DNA of 64,000 nt. Source: Blastocladiella emersonii ATCC 22665 (lineage: Eukaryota; Fungi; Blastocladiomycota). The stretch's first letter is position 1; each line of letters opens with the position of its first letter. The stretch lies in assembly GCA_025594325.1 (NCBI GenBank), contig JANHCV010000004.1, positions 2,356,001 through 2,420,000 of the forward strand. The letters run 5' to 3'. The translations under genes and the position numbers were made by a program. Below are positions 23,347-39,419 of the stretch, piece after piece. The notes under the pieces are model-generated. The model ran no database searches. It was given only the letters and a program-made list of their open reading frames with translations, and was not told the DNA's origin.

Positions 23347-26300
23347 ATGATGCAGACGCCGGTACGCCCTCCTCTTCCCCCGGAACCGCGACTCGGCGGA
23401 CCTGACGCGGTCCACTTCCCGCTCCAGAATGCGACACCGGCACCGGAACCGGCATCTGCTGCTCCCGCAGCCAGCGGCAGTGGCGGCCTCGCGCTCATGT
23501 CGCGCACGGGCGGCGTGTACATCCCGCCGGCCAAGCTGCGCGCCATGCAGGCGGCCATCACCGACAAGTCGTCGGCCGAGTACCAGCGCATGAGCTGGGA
23601 GGCGCTGAAAAAGTCCATCAACGGCCACATCAACAAGGCCAACACGTCCAACCTCAAGAACATCATCCCCGAGCTCATCAACGAGAACCTGATCCGCGGC
23701 CGCGGCCTCTACTGCCGCAGCATCATGAAGTCGCAGGCCGCCGCCCTGCCCTTCACCACCGTCTACGCCGCCATGACCGCCGTCCTCAACACCAAGTTCC
23801 CGCAGCTCGGCGAGCTGCTCGTCGCCCGACTCATCCTGCAGTTCCGCCGCGCCTACCGCCGCAACGACAAGCTCGCGTGCCTCGCCGGCACCCGCTTCCT
23901 CGCCCACCTCGTCAACCACAAGGTCGCCCACGAGATCGTCGTGCTGCAGATCCTCACCCTGCTCCTCGAGCGGCCCACCGACGACGCCGTCGAGATCGCC
24001 GTCGGCCTCATGCGCGAGGCCGGCGCCTTCCTCACCGAGCACCAGCCGCGCGCCGTCGCCGCCGTCTTTGACCGCTTCCGCTCCATCCTGCACGAGGCCA
24101 AGCTCTCGGTCCGCACCCAGTACATGATCGAGGTCCTGTTCCAGGTCAGACGCGACAACTTCAAGGACAACCCCGCCGTCATCGACGACCTCGACCTCGT
24201 CGAGGACGACGACCAGGTCACCCACTACCTCTCGCTCGACGACGACGACGAGCTCGACGTCCAGGAGGCCGCCAACGTCTTCAAGGTCGACCCCAACTTT
24301 CTCGAGAACGAGGCAAAGTACGCCCAGATTAAGCGCGATATCCTGGGCAGCGACGACAACGACAGCGGGTCCGACGGCGGCAGCGGCAGCGACAGCGGTG
24401 ACGAGTCCGACTCGGAGGACTCGGACGCCGACGAGCCTGCCGCCAACAACAACCGTGTCGCGGCCGCAGCCGCCTCGGGCGACGGCTCCGTCATCGACGA
24501 GACGGGCTTCGACCTCATGGCGCTGCGCAAGACCATCTACCTCACCATCATGTCGTCGCTCGACTACGAGGAGTGCATCCACAAGCTCATGCGCCTGTCG
24601 ATCGGGTCGCACGAGCACGCCAAGGTCGTCGTCGACATGATCATCGACTGCTGCTCGCAGGAGCGCACCTACAAAAAGTTCTACGGCCTCATGGCCGAGC
24701 GCCTGTGCAAGATCAACCGGCTGTGGGCCGACCTGTTCGCCGCCGCGTTTGCCGAAAAGTACGAGATTGCGCACCGGTACGAGAACACGGCCCTGCGCAG
24801 CATCGCGCGCGCCTTTGCGCACCTGCTCGCCACCGACGCGATCCCGTGGACCGTCCTCGAGTGCGTCGTCCTCACCCACGAGACGACCTCGGCGTCGTCG
24901 CGCATCTTCATCATGGTCCTGTTCCAGGAAATGAAGCAGGAAATGGGCATCACCCGCCTCCTCGCCCGCCTCACCGACGACCCCTTCCTCAAGCCCTCGT
25001 TCGCCGGCATGTTCCCGCGCGACAACCCCGCTCACCTCCGCTACGCTATCAACTTCTGGACCTCCATCAAGCTCAGCATCCTCACCGAGGAAATGCGCGA
25101 GTGCCTCAAGAACGCACCCCCGCCCCAGCGGCCCGCCATGACCCGACACTCGTCGCCGTCGGATTCCTCATCCTCCTCCTCGTCGTCGTCGTCGTCGGGC
25201 AGCGACAGCAGTAGCGGCAGCAGCAGCTCGGGCTCGGCTTCTTCCTCGGACAGCGATAGCGACAGCGAGGACGACCGGCGCCGCAGTCGCCGTCGCCGCT
25301 CGCCCCCACCTCGGTCGCGCCGCGGCCGGTCCGCCTCGTCGTCGGGATCGTCCCGCTCCCGGTCCCCGCCTCGCCGCGGGCGCCCACGGTCCCCGTCCGC
25401 GTCGCCCGACGGCCGTAGCGTGCGTCCGCGCCGCGGTTCGCCTTCGCCGCCTCCCCGTGGTGCGCGCCGCGACTCTGTGTCCCCGCCACCACGCGCGCGC
25501 CGCGGCTCTCCTTCGCCTCCCCCGCGCGGTGAACGTCGTGGCTCCGTAATGTCGCCGCCCGCTCGCGGTCGCGGTCGCCGCGACTCGCCCTCGCCGATGC
25601 GTGGTGTTCGTCGCGGCTCGCCGTCGCCTCCCCCGCGTGGCAGCCGTCGTGGTTCGCCCTCCCCGCCTCCGCGTGGTGTTCGTCGCGACTCTCCTTTGCC
25701 TCCGCGTGCTGGTCGTCGCGGTTCGCCCTCGCCTCCCCCGCGGGGTGAGCGTCGCGGCTCCGTTATGTCGCCGCCCGCTCGTGGCCGCCGCGACTCGCCT
25801 TCGCCCATGCGCGGGGTCCGCCGCGGCTCGCCCTCCCCGCCTCCGAGGGGTAGCCGTCGTGGTTCGCCATCCCCGCCTCCGCGTGGCGGTCGTCGCGCCT
25901 CGCCTTCGCCTCCGCGCCGCCGTCGCGACTCGGTCTCGCCACCCCCGCAGGTTGGGCGGCGCCGCAGTTCTCCGTCGCCTCCTCCTCGGGGTGGGCGCCG
26001 CGACTCCCCGTCACCCATGCGCGGCGTGCGTCGCGGTTCCCCGTCGCCCGTCCGTGGCAGCCGCCGTGGCTCCCCGTCGCCCGTCCGTGGCAGCCGCCGC
26101 GGCTCCCCGTCTCCTCCGCGCCGCGGCAGCCGACACGTGTCACCCTCGCCGCCCCGTCGCTCGCGTCGGGACTCGCCTAGCCCTTCACCCCCGCGTCGTC
26201 GCTACGACTCTTCCTCGCCACCACCAGCAGCAGGCCGCCGTGCGCGCCGCGACTCGCCCTCGGTGTCGCCTCCCCCGCGCAGCCGCCGCCCCGACTCGCC

Positions 26301-26631
26301 GCCCCGTGGCCGCCGGGGCTCCCCGAGCCCGCCACCGGCGCCCAACGCCAAGCCAATTCCCGCGCGCGAACGCCCGCTGAACCAGCCGCAGACGGGCCGC
26401 TCGCCGAGCCGTAGTCGGAGCCGCAGCCGCGAGCCGCGGTCCCGGTCCCGCCGCCGTCCCCGGTCCCCGTCGTCGTCCCGCTCGCGCTCGCGGTCCCGCT
26501 CCCGCTCGCCGCCACGTGGGCGCCGCGTCAGCCGCTCGCCGTCGCCCGTTGAGCGGCGCCGCGAGACGCGGCCGCGGTCGTGGTCGCCCAGTAGCGACGA
26601 GGAGGCGCGGAGTAAGCGCGCGCGCCGTTGA
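23347..26631 (+). CDS. CWC22: Pre-mRNA splicing factor Cwc22 (MIF4G + MA3) with long RS/RP-rich tail
   Basis: SRTGGVYIPPAKLR, YQRMSWEALKKSING, NLIRGRGLYCRSIM, RYAINFWTSI. Single ORF. Confidence 0.95.
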   Translation: MMQTPVRPPLPPEPRLGGPDAVHFPLQNATPAPEPASAAPAASGSGGLALMSRTGGVYIPPAKLRAMQAAITDKSSAEYQRMSWEALKKSINGHINKANTSNLKNIIPELINENLIRGRGLYCRSIMKSQAAALPFTTVYAAMTAVLNTKFPQLGELLVARLILQFRRAYRRNDKLACLAGTRFLAHLVNHKVAHEIVVLQILTLLLERPTDDAVEIAVGLMREAGAFLTEHQPRAVAAVFDRFRSILHEAKLSVRTQYMIEVLFQVRRDNFKDNPAVIDDLDLVEDDDQVTHYLSLDDDDELDVQEAANVFKVDPNFLENEAKYAQIKRDILGSDDNDSGSDGGSGSDSGDESDSEDSDADEPAANNNRVAAAAASGDGSVIDETGFDLMALRKTIYLTIMSSLDYEECIHKLMRLSIGSHEHAKVVVDMIIDCCSQERTYKKFYGLMAERLCKINRLWADLFAAAFAEKYEIAHRYENTALRSIARAFAHLLATDAIPWTVLECVVLTHETTSASSRIFIMVLFQEMKQEMGITRLLARLTDDPFLKPSFAGMFPRDNPAHLRYAINFWTSIKLSILTEEMRECLKNAPPPQRPAMTRHSSPSDSSSSSSSSSSSGSDSSSGSSSSGSASSSDSDSDSEDDRRRSRRRRSPPPRSRRGRSASSSGSSRSRSPPRRGRPRSPSASPDGRSVRPRRGSPSPPPRGARRDSVSPPPRARRGSPSPPPRGERRGSVMSPPARGRGRRDSPSPMRGVRRGSPSPPPRGSRRGSPSPPPRGVRRDSPLPPRAGRRGSPSPPPRGERRGSVMSPPARGRRDSPSPMRGVRRGSPSPPPRGSRRGSPSPPPRGGRRASPSPPRRRRDSVSPPPQVGRRRSSPSPPPRGGRRDSPSPMRGVRRGSPSPVRGSRRGSPSPVRGSRRGSPSPPRRGSRHVSPSPPRRSRRDSPSPSPPRRRYDSSSPPPAAGRRARRDSPSVSPPPRSRRPDSPPRGRRGSPSPPPAPNAKPIPARERPLNQPQTGRSPSRSRSRSREPRSRSRRRPRSPSSSRSRSRSRSRSPPRGRRVSRSPSPVERRRETRPRSWSPSSDEEARSKRARR
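25430..26360 (+). repeat. Coding tandem repeats of RRGSPSPPPRG-type units in the Cwc22 tail
   Basis: More than 15 imperfect units of about 33 bp. A higher-order block (RRGSPSPPPRGERRGSVMSPPARG..RRDSPSPMRGVRRGSPSPPPRGSRRGSPSPPPRG) occurs twice. Confidence 0.85.
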
Positions 26632-27473
26632 TTGGTGGGGTTCAGGTGAATGAATACATGTGCCGAGTTGCTTGGATCAGTGGTCCCCGTTCATGGTTTG
26701 AGAATGCGAGCGAAGTCGTTGGCGTGCAGCGAGACACCGGAGAGCGGTCTCAACGGGAAGCTGCTCGCGCCGCGGAACTTCGATCAGCCAGGCAAGTCAG
26801 TCGGATGAGTTCGACCCTGACGAGAGAATAGTCATGTTGCAGGATGAGAGGCACGCGTCCCATCTCCAATCGGAGAAGAAGTTGGTTCGTTCCGAGGAGG
26901 AACACCGTGGTCGGGGCGACGTGCGACGCAGCCACGACCATCGCAGTCATGATGGTTGATCAGCGGTCTGCTCTCAATCCACTCGCGTGTCGCGACATAA
27001 CAAGGATTCTAATCATGGTCCATCTTGCCAATCGCTCTCTCGCAAAGAGGTCTCGAACGGGGCGAGGACGAGATGAGCGCGTCCCGCGCCATGGTTCAGG
27101 GTCAAGACCATCGCACTCGCGTGACAAACGGACTATCACGGAGCACAATGGTGACGGGATTGGCATGAATAAACGCAACTTAGACATGACTGGGATGAAG
27201 GGGTCGGCCATGAGGTGACCGTGGCGGCGGCCATGGCCACGGTTGGTGGCCATCGAACTCCACTCATGCCCCTTGCCGCGATCTCACTTCAAAAGCGCGG
27301 TACAAGTGATTAGCAGAAGCACTACTCAGGCCAGCAACCAGAGGAAGATCGGCGCGGGGCGGGCGGAGTTACGCCAGTGCGTCGCGAGCGAGGTCGGGTC
27401 AAGTCGTTCGTACTCATCCCATATATTCACAAAGCACACAGAACTCGGCCCCAGGCTCGACAACAATGATGCC

Positions 27474-27904
27474 TTAGAGGTCGGCACCATGGTTGGCCTT
27501 CTGGAGGGCGGCGACATAGGCCCGGGACACCACATTCCAACTCTCGAGGTATCTGTCCATACACTTGCTCAGGCAAGGCTCCTCCGTGAGCTTTTCGCCC
27601 GGTTTGGTCACACAGAGCTTAAAACAGTTGTCGGAGACCTTGTTGATGAGCTCCTGAGCGTTGGCGAGTGCCAGCTCCTGGCGGACCTGCTGCATGATCT
27701 GGTTCTTGCGCTCCTCGAGCGACGGGCCCGCGGCAGCCGATGGGTTGGTAGCACTGGTGACGGGCGCATCATTCCATGGGTTAGATCCATCATAGGTGAG
27801 GTTTGGGTGGGTGGTGTGTTGGCCGAGCGTAGTCGCGCGTGCCGACCACTCCCGACCACCCCCGAATCGCGCGGAAAGCCCCCGTACCCGCCAAAGAAGG
27901 ACAT
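27474..27904 (-). CDS. TIM13: Mitochondrial intermembrane-space small Tim chaperone Tim13 (one intron)
   Basis: QELALANAQELINKVSDNCFKLC..CLSKCMDRYLESWNVVSRAY, a twin CX3C motif. First exon MSFFGG. Confidence 0.9.
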
Positions 27905-28965
27905 GGTGGGTCGGTTGCGGGAAGTAAAGCAAGAAGATTCGTTGCAGACTACGTTGCTTGATGCGTTGACCTCGCAGGCCCGACCAAGTCGGCACCGGCG
28001 CGCCGAAACGAGCAAACGGGCGGATCGGCGAGCAAAGCCGTGAGGTCACCACGCCGACCTGCCACTCACACCAGCACGCGTTTCTCGCGATGAATCACTT
28101 GATGTCCACGAATCATGGTCAAAATTATACCCGCGGAGCTTCACAATGTCGGGGGCCATCAAGTTGGCCAGCTGGACCGACTCTGCGAAAACTGTCTCGC
28201 GCCGGTCACATGTTTTCTTGACGCGTCACTTGAGTTGCTTCGCGGCGGCCGCCAGCAGGGGTTCTGCCAGGCCCGTTTCGTGAAATCTCGCCTCATTCCC
28301 TACCGTCGAGCTCACAGCGCGTCGTGGACATAGAAGAAGGTGTGATGACAAGGTGCTCACACCTTTGCCTCCCGCCTCGTATGCGTGCGAACCAAGGGCT
28401 CCATGGCGTCTTCGTACGCGATCAAGGACACGACAAAGTGATTCAATCACCGCACTGATCCATGTCTAGTTGACGGACGGTACTAGGCCTCGCATCCGTT
28501 TTATTCCGTCAACTACACGCCCATCACCTCCATCATCAAGTCGCCGCCGCGAGGTCCCTGACTCAAGCCGTCGCGCAGGCCGTCGCCGCCTTCGCAACTG
28601 ATCGTGCGCCGAGCACATCGGCGCGGACTCGGCCATAAACTTGTCCAGCATTCAGATCCAAACCATGCAGCCTCCCGTGCCGCCGCGGCCCTTGCACCGC
28701 CACGCGGCGTTCACTCGCGCGAGTCTCAGCTATTTATTCCTGACGTTCATGAGATCCGAGAATGGGGACGTGTAAAAATCGTGGCTGTGCGCGTGCGTGC
28801 TTGTATATATCAAGAAGGGGGCGGGTAATGTAAGGGGAGGGCGAGGGAGAGGTGGCGGGAATACATGCTCGTCGTCGCTGGCCGACGCGGCGGCGGCAAC
28901 AGCGGCGGAGCCCGGTGGCGGCCGAGCGAACCCCACCGCGGCGGCGGCGGCAGGGGCGAGGGCAG

Positions 28966-33198
<4,233 letters not shown>

Positions 33199-33688
33199 TC
33201 AGCGCCCACGCTCTCCTCCCTCCCAACACCCGAGCGGGCGACCAACCGGGGCCCACTGCCTGACCGCTGCGCGCCCATGATCCGCCGCCCTGACGCTGGA
33301 TCATGCAGCCGGCCGCGACAGCGACGCCGACGCGACGGTGGCAAGACGCGCCGCTCGCGTCTGCTCCTCCTCCCCGCACTCGGCCCCCGCGCGCCAGAGC
33401 AACCTTGGCCCGACTCTCCGCACTTCACTTTCGTGGCGGGGCGGGTCTCATGATGGACGGGCCCGTCCGCGGTGAGGCGCGGCGCGCGGCGCCTTGGTCT
33501 CATGACTCGCTGGTCGCGGCCCGCTCGCTCCTCCAACCCGTCCCTCTGCGGATCCACGAAGCACACGAAACCTCGCCACTTGGCGCAACGCATCCACCGC
33601 CGCGAACGTCATCCATCGGCGCTGGTCTCGCCTGGAAGGGTTTCCTCGCCAGGCCACGGTAATTCCCGAATCCGCGAGGGTCGGAGCC

Positions 33689-36600
33689 ATGGCCGACGAG
33701 CAGCCGAGCGCTCCGGCCACCGGCACCGTCCCGGCGGCCGGAACCGCTGGTCGTGGGCCTATGCACGACACGCACGATGAGACTGAGACTGAGCCCAGTC
33801 TGGGTGCGTCTTGCCACTGCGAGAGTCCCAACGGAGCGTCATTGCTGACGGCTCGTCGAGACCATCTAGTAACCACAGACGTTGCAGCTATGGCGATCGA
33901 TCCCAACCATCACGATGGCGCCGATTCACCATCATCATCCCCGCCGGGATCCCGCGGCCGCGGGAGGGGCCGCGGCGGACGGGGTCGCGGTCGTGGCAGC
34001 CTTCCCGAGCACCTGCGCTTGATCCGCGAGCAGGCCGACCTGTTCCTCTTCAACGGCCTCGATCCAGCCCGTCTCGTTGACGTCGATGCCGGCGACCGCC
34101 GCGCCTCGCGCCGCGCTGCTACCGGCTCCGGGTCCGTCGCCTTTGACGAGGATTCGGACAGCGACAGCGATGCTGCCTCAGCCGCCGCGCTCGCGCCCGA
34201 CGATTTCGACTTCCGATTGAAGGGCCAGCGAGGCGCGCCGAGCGCGCGCGGTCGCGGCGCCCCGCGAGGTCGGAGGAGGGGCGGGGCGTCTCCATCGTCG
34301 TCCTCTTTGCGCCGCCGACGCGAGGATTCGACCGACCAGTCGCCCTCGTTTGACGCGCCGCCGACGAAACGGCTACGGACCAACAGCGTGGGCCATGCTT
34401 CGGACACATCGGCGGCGCTCCTCCTCTCCTCGCCCTCGACGCTGTCCACGGCCCCGCCCTTCTCCTCGCCTGCCGCCGCTGTGCCTACTCCACGCCACGG
34501 CCAGCGCATCCGCATCGACGTCGTCCGCCCACCGCCACACGATCCCGGCCTCCCCGCCGACCCGCCCTACGTCTACATGTCGGTCCTGGACATCCCCGAC
34601 GAGCTGCACGCCCTGCTCCCGCCGCGCACCCGTGGCCGCCGCCCGCGCTCCTTCTTCGTCACCCTCACCAACCTCCTCCTCGAGCACGGATACATCACCC
34701 AGGACGCCCTCGACCGCGGCGAGGTCTACCTCGACGCCAGGCCGAAGCGCAGGAGGAGGAGGTCCACGGCTGCGTCTTCCGCTGCACCATCACCGGCGTC
34801 CGCGCGGCATGCGCAGCTGCCCCCTCCGCCATCGCCCGCCGCATCGCACAGCATCGTCCCTGACGCGGGGGCCTCGTCTTCGTACGCATCGTCGCGGGCG
34901 CCTTCGCAGCCCCATTCGCGCTCGTCCACGCGGCCACCAACGCCCGTGCAACCTGACGGCTCGCTGCCTGCTTCCGCGCCACTTTCGCCGCAGGTCTCTA
35001 CCGCCGAAATCACGGCCTCGCTCGATGCACCGTGGACCTTCGCCGCCGAGTCTGTTCCCGTGGCGCCCGTTCCTGCCGTGCCCGCTCTCGATGCACCCGC
35101 TCCCGCCGCGCCTGTTCCCGCAGCACCCGCTCCCGCAGCGCCCGTTCCCGCGGCTCCCGTTCCCGCTGCGCCAGTTCCCGCTGCGTCCGCGCCCGTCTAT
35201 GTCGCGCCCGATCCTGCGACCGCGGGCGACCGCATCGCGCGGTACCTGCACACGTTCGTGTCGTACGAGGACGACGACTTCCTGTCTCCGTCCGCCGAGC
35301 ACGAGGCCGACCGGCGGTACGCCGAGCTACTCGTCGCGCTCGACCAGCACCGCGAGTACACGGGCCGCGACCTGCGGACGCAGGGCACCGACGCGCGCAA
35401 GCTGCTGCACGCGTCGGCGAAAGCCGCGGTCCCGCCGACCGACCCGCCCGCGGGGCAGGACCACTGGTGGTTCGTCCTCAACGAGATGAAGCGCGTGCGC
35501 GGCTTGGTGCTCGAAACCGCCAAGGCCGGGCCCGCGGCCGCGCGCAGGATCGCGCGCGCTGTCGACAAGTACTGGGCCGACGCGCGGTCCGCCGACTCAC
35601 GCCGCGCCGAGCAGGAGGTGCGCGACGCGAAACGCGGCGCGCGGGATGTTGCGCGGCTCGTGCGGAACCGGTGGCGCCTGTTCGACGTCCTCGTCACGGT
35701 CAAGGAGCGGCAGCTCGCGGCCGCTGAGCAGATGCGCGCCGGGAACGAGAGTCTCGACGCGATCCTCGAGCGGTCGTCCGCGACGCTCGAGCGGCAGCAG
35801 CGCGCGTTGCTCGGCGCCGAGGATAGCGAGGACGACGAGGAGGATGGAGACGAGGAGGAGGGCGAGGGCGCTGACGGGTCCGACGCGTCCGAGGTCGAGC
35901 GCGACGAGGACCTGGCCGCCGTCGGCGCACGCGCTCGTCGGCGACGCCGCTCCGCCGCATCCGCTGTCGACTCGGCCGTATCCACGCCGCTCGGGTCCCC
36001 GTCGTTCCTCTCGCACCGCGGCGACTATTCGTCGGACGACGGCGAGCCCATGGACCTCGACGACCAGTTCGACTCGCCGCTCGCTGCGCTCATCACCAGC
36101 AACCTCTCGAGCCCGTCCGCCCCGATCGACGACGACGAGCAGCAGCTGCCCGAGAACGCGTTCGCGATCGACTCGGACGACGCGTACGACATCGAGGACA
36201 CGATTGACGCCGAGGAGGCGCTCGAGCACGCGGCGGACGAGGACGACGAGGAGATGCGCGGGCTCCAGGCCGACCTCGACATGGACCCGCGCGAGCTGCT
36301 CCGCGTCCACTACGGGATCGACGGCGACGCGATTCCGACGCCCGACGACTCGGCGTCCGACGACAACGACGAGGACGAGGCCGAGGCCGGCGAGGTCCCG
36401 ACGCCCAACGACGTCCAGCAAGCCGGGTCGCTCGCCTCGTCCGCGCCGCCACCACCACCACCAACCTCGTCGGTTCCGCGCGCCGACATCCAGCCGTCGC
36501 TGCTCACCGGCACGCTGCGCGAGTACCAGCAGGCGGGCGTCAACTGGCTCGTGACGCTGTACGAGAGCAAGACGAACGGGGTGCTGGCGGACGAGATGGG

Positions 36601-39073
36601 GCTGGGCAAGACGATCCAGACGATCGCGCTGCTCGCGCACCTCGCCGACGTGGGCGACTGGGGCCCGCACCTGGTCGTGGTCCCGACCAGCGTCATGCTC
36701 AACTGGGAGATGGAGTTCAAGAAGTTCTGCCCCGGGCTCAAGATCCTCACCTACTACGGCAGCGCCAAGGAGCGCAAGGACAAGCGCGCCGGGTGGACCC
36801 GGCCGGGCGCGTTCCACGTCTGCATCACGTCGTACCAGCTCGCCGTCGCCGACGCGTCCGTCTTCAAGCGCAAGCACTGGGGGTACATGGTCCTCGACGA
36901 GGGACACATGGTCAAGAACTTTCGGTCGCAGCGGTGGCAGACGCTGCTCCACTTTCGCACACGGCATCGGCTGCTGCTCACCGGTACGGCTGGCTGTTCG
37001 CTTTGCGGGTGTGCGCGAGACTGACTCGGACTCGCACGCCAACGTGTAGGCACGCCGCTGCAGAACAACCTCAACGAGCTGTGGTCGCTGCTCTACTTTC
37101 TGCAGCCCGGCGGCGAGAACTCGCTTGAGCAGCAGCAGTGGCAGGCATGGCTGCGGCCCATCGACGAGTTCATCAGCCGGAGTGGGGGCGTCGGCGGCGC
37201 CGACGCAGCGACCGCGAGCACGTCGCCCGAGATCATGGAGACGATCGGCAAGCTGCACACGCTGCTGCGGCCGTACCTGCTGCGGCGGCTCAAGGCCGAC
37301 GTCGAGAAGCAGCTGCCCGCCAAGTACGAGCACGTCCTGTACTGCGCGCTGTCCAAGCGCCAGCGGTTCCTGTACGACGACTACATGAGCCGCGCCACGA
37401 CTCGCGACACCATGGCGTCGGGCAACCTCCTCAGCATCATCCACTGCCTCATGCAGCTGCGCAAGGTGTGCAACCACCCCGACCTGTTCGCCCCGCGGCC
37501 CATCATGTCCCCGCTCGTCGTCGCCCGCGGCGCCACGTACGAGACCGCGTGGCATGCCGTCGTAAACGGCACCTGGACCGTCCCCGCGCGTACGGTGCCC
37601 AGCATGTTCCTCTTCGACCACGACGCGCGCGCGGTTGCGGCCGCGCAGGAACTCGACCCGCACGCCGCGCTGCTCGTGGTCCGCGACGAGGCCGCGTCCG
37701 CTGCCGCCGCGGCGTTCCGGGCGCGGTCCGTCAGCGACGCCGCCGGGTACCGCACGCTCCGCGCCGCCGCCGACCGGCTGCGGGAGCGGCAGCTCGTGCG
37801 CGTCGCGGCCAACTGGGACCGCACCGCCACCGTCAACCGCGCGCGGATCCACGGCCGCCACGCGCTGTACCCGGCGCTCGACGCGCTCACGTCGTCGCCC
37901 GCGTTCCGCGTCGGGTCCGTGTTCCCGCTCGTCCGCGTCGCGGCGCCCGCCGTCCTCGCCGACTCGGTTGGCAAGTTCGCCATGTGCACGCAGCAGGTGC
38001 GCGTGGTCGAGGCGTGGCCTGCCGGGTGGCACCCGCTCGCGGGCGTGTATCCCGGTGATCTCGCCCCCGCGGCGGCGGCGGAGCGGGTCGGCGGCGACGA
38101 CGGTGCGCTATGTGCGCTGCTCGACCGCGCGCGGGTCGCGCAGTCGCTGCACTTCCCCGACAAGTACCTGGTGCAGTACGACGCGGGCAAGCTGCAGACC
38201 CTGGCGCGGCTGCTGCCGCAGCTGCACCGCGAGGGCCACCGGGTGCTGATCTTCACGCAGATGACGCGGATGCTGGACGTGCTCGAGCACTTCCTCAACC
38301 TGCACGGGTTCAAGTATTTCCGGCTCGACGGGTCGACCAAGCCCGCGCAGCGGCAGCTGCTCACGGACCGGTTCAACCGCGACGCGCGCATCTTCGCCTT
38401 CATCTCGTCGACGCGTGCCGGCGGGGTTGGGATCAACCTGACGGGCGCCGACACGGTCGTCTTCTACGACGGCGACTGGAACCCGAGCGCCACGGCGCAG
38501 GCCGAGGCCCGCGTGCACCGCATCGGGCAGTCCCGCGAGTGTCACGTCTACCATCTCGTCACTCGCCACACGGTCGAGGAGAATATCCTGCGCAAGTCCA
38601 ACCAGAAGCGCCACCTCGACCGGCTCGTCATCCAGGACGGCGAGTTTACCACCGACCACCTTCTCGCGGGCGCGGCGGGGACCGAGGGCGGCGGCGGTGG
38701 AGGCGAGGCCGCGATCGACTGGCGTAGCATGCTCGAGGTCGCCGCCGAGCGCGGCCAGGTCGACTCGATCCTCGCGGCCGCCGAAGACGCCGAGGACGTG
38801 GCGGCACTCCGCGCGCAGCAGTCGGAGCTGCGCGCCGCGGGGCAGATAGACGGCGACCTGTTCCGCGACACGGCGGCCGGATCGGCGTCGGCTAGCGCGG
38901 CAGCGGCAAGCGGTGCGCAAGCGGGCACCGAGGCCATGGAAGTGGACGGCGGCAGCGGCGGCGGCAGCGAGGCGACCGAGCGGCCGAGCATCATGTCGAT
39001 CGACGACTTCATGTTCCGGCACCGGTGCCACGAGACGCTCGGCGAGTTTGACCCGGCGTGGTTGTTGGAGTGA
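33689..39073 (+). CDS. SWR1: SWR1/SRCAP-type SNF2 chromatin-remodelling ATPase (HSA + split helicase); introns 33804-33887 and 36984-37049
   Basis: LADEMGLGKTIQTIALLAHLA, WGPHLVVVPTSVMLNWEMEFKKF, LLTG|TPLQNNLNELWSLL, QLRKVCNHPDLF, RVLIFTQMTRMLD and STRAGGVGINLTGADTVVFYD. HSA-like helix upstream. Confidence 0.93.
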
Positions 39074-39419
39074 GATTCATTCGTTCAAAAGAGTAAAAGT
39101 GTACAGTTTTGTCTTCATCCACAAGGTCTCTCGGGCGAGGAATGTCTCGCGCCTCGCATCGCGGCGCGGCGCGCGGTGAGAGACGCGTCGGCGTTCCCAC
39201 GTGATGGCCGCGAGCGACGCGTTCCTCCCCGCGCTGAGGCGGCCGCCCTTCTCCGCGACCTCGCAACGAACGTCTCGGCGCGCTGAGCTGAAAGCATCCT
39301 GCAACCCATGTATCTGAGCCCGCGCGCTTGCCGCAACCCGCCAGCAGCAGCACACCACTAGACGCGGACACTCGAACCCAACGCGCGCTGCCTCGACCGC
39401 AGCCCCCTACCTCGCCGCC

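Noticed and set aside
25430-26360. Regularly spaced ~33-bp repeats as a possible CRISPR array
   Set aside because: The repeats are imperfect, in-frame coding units in a eukaryotic gene, with no unique spacers and no cas genes.
27221-27242. Short match (19 of 21 nt) to the reverse complement of 692-712
   Set aside because: The similarity does not extend on either side and is plausible by chance in GC-rich DNA.
28050-28900. Short ORFs between TIM13 and the kinase 3' end
   Set aside because: Fragmentary, with no motifs. A decayed gene cannot be excluded but cannot be supported.
36895-36910. DEGH instead of DEAH in SWR1 Walker B
   Set aside because: The catalytic DE is intact and DEGH is common in other SNF2 ATPases, so it is not evidence of altered function.
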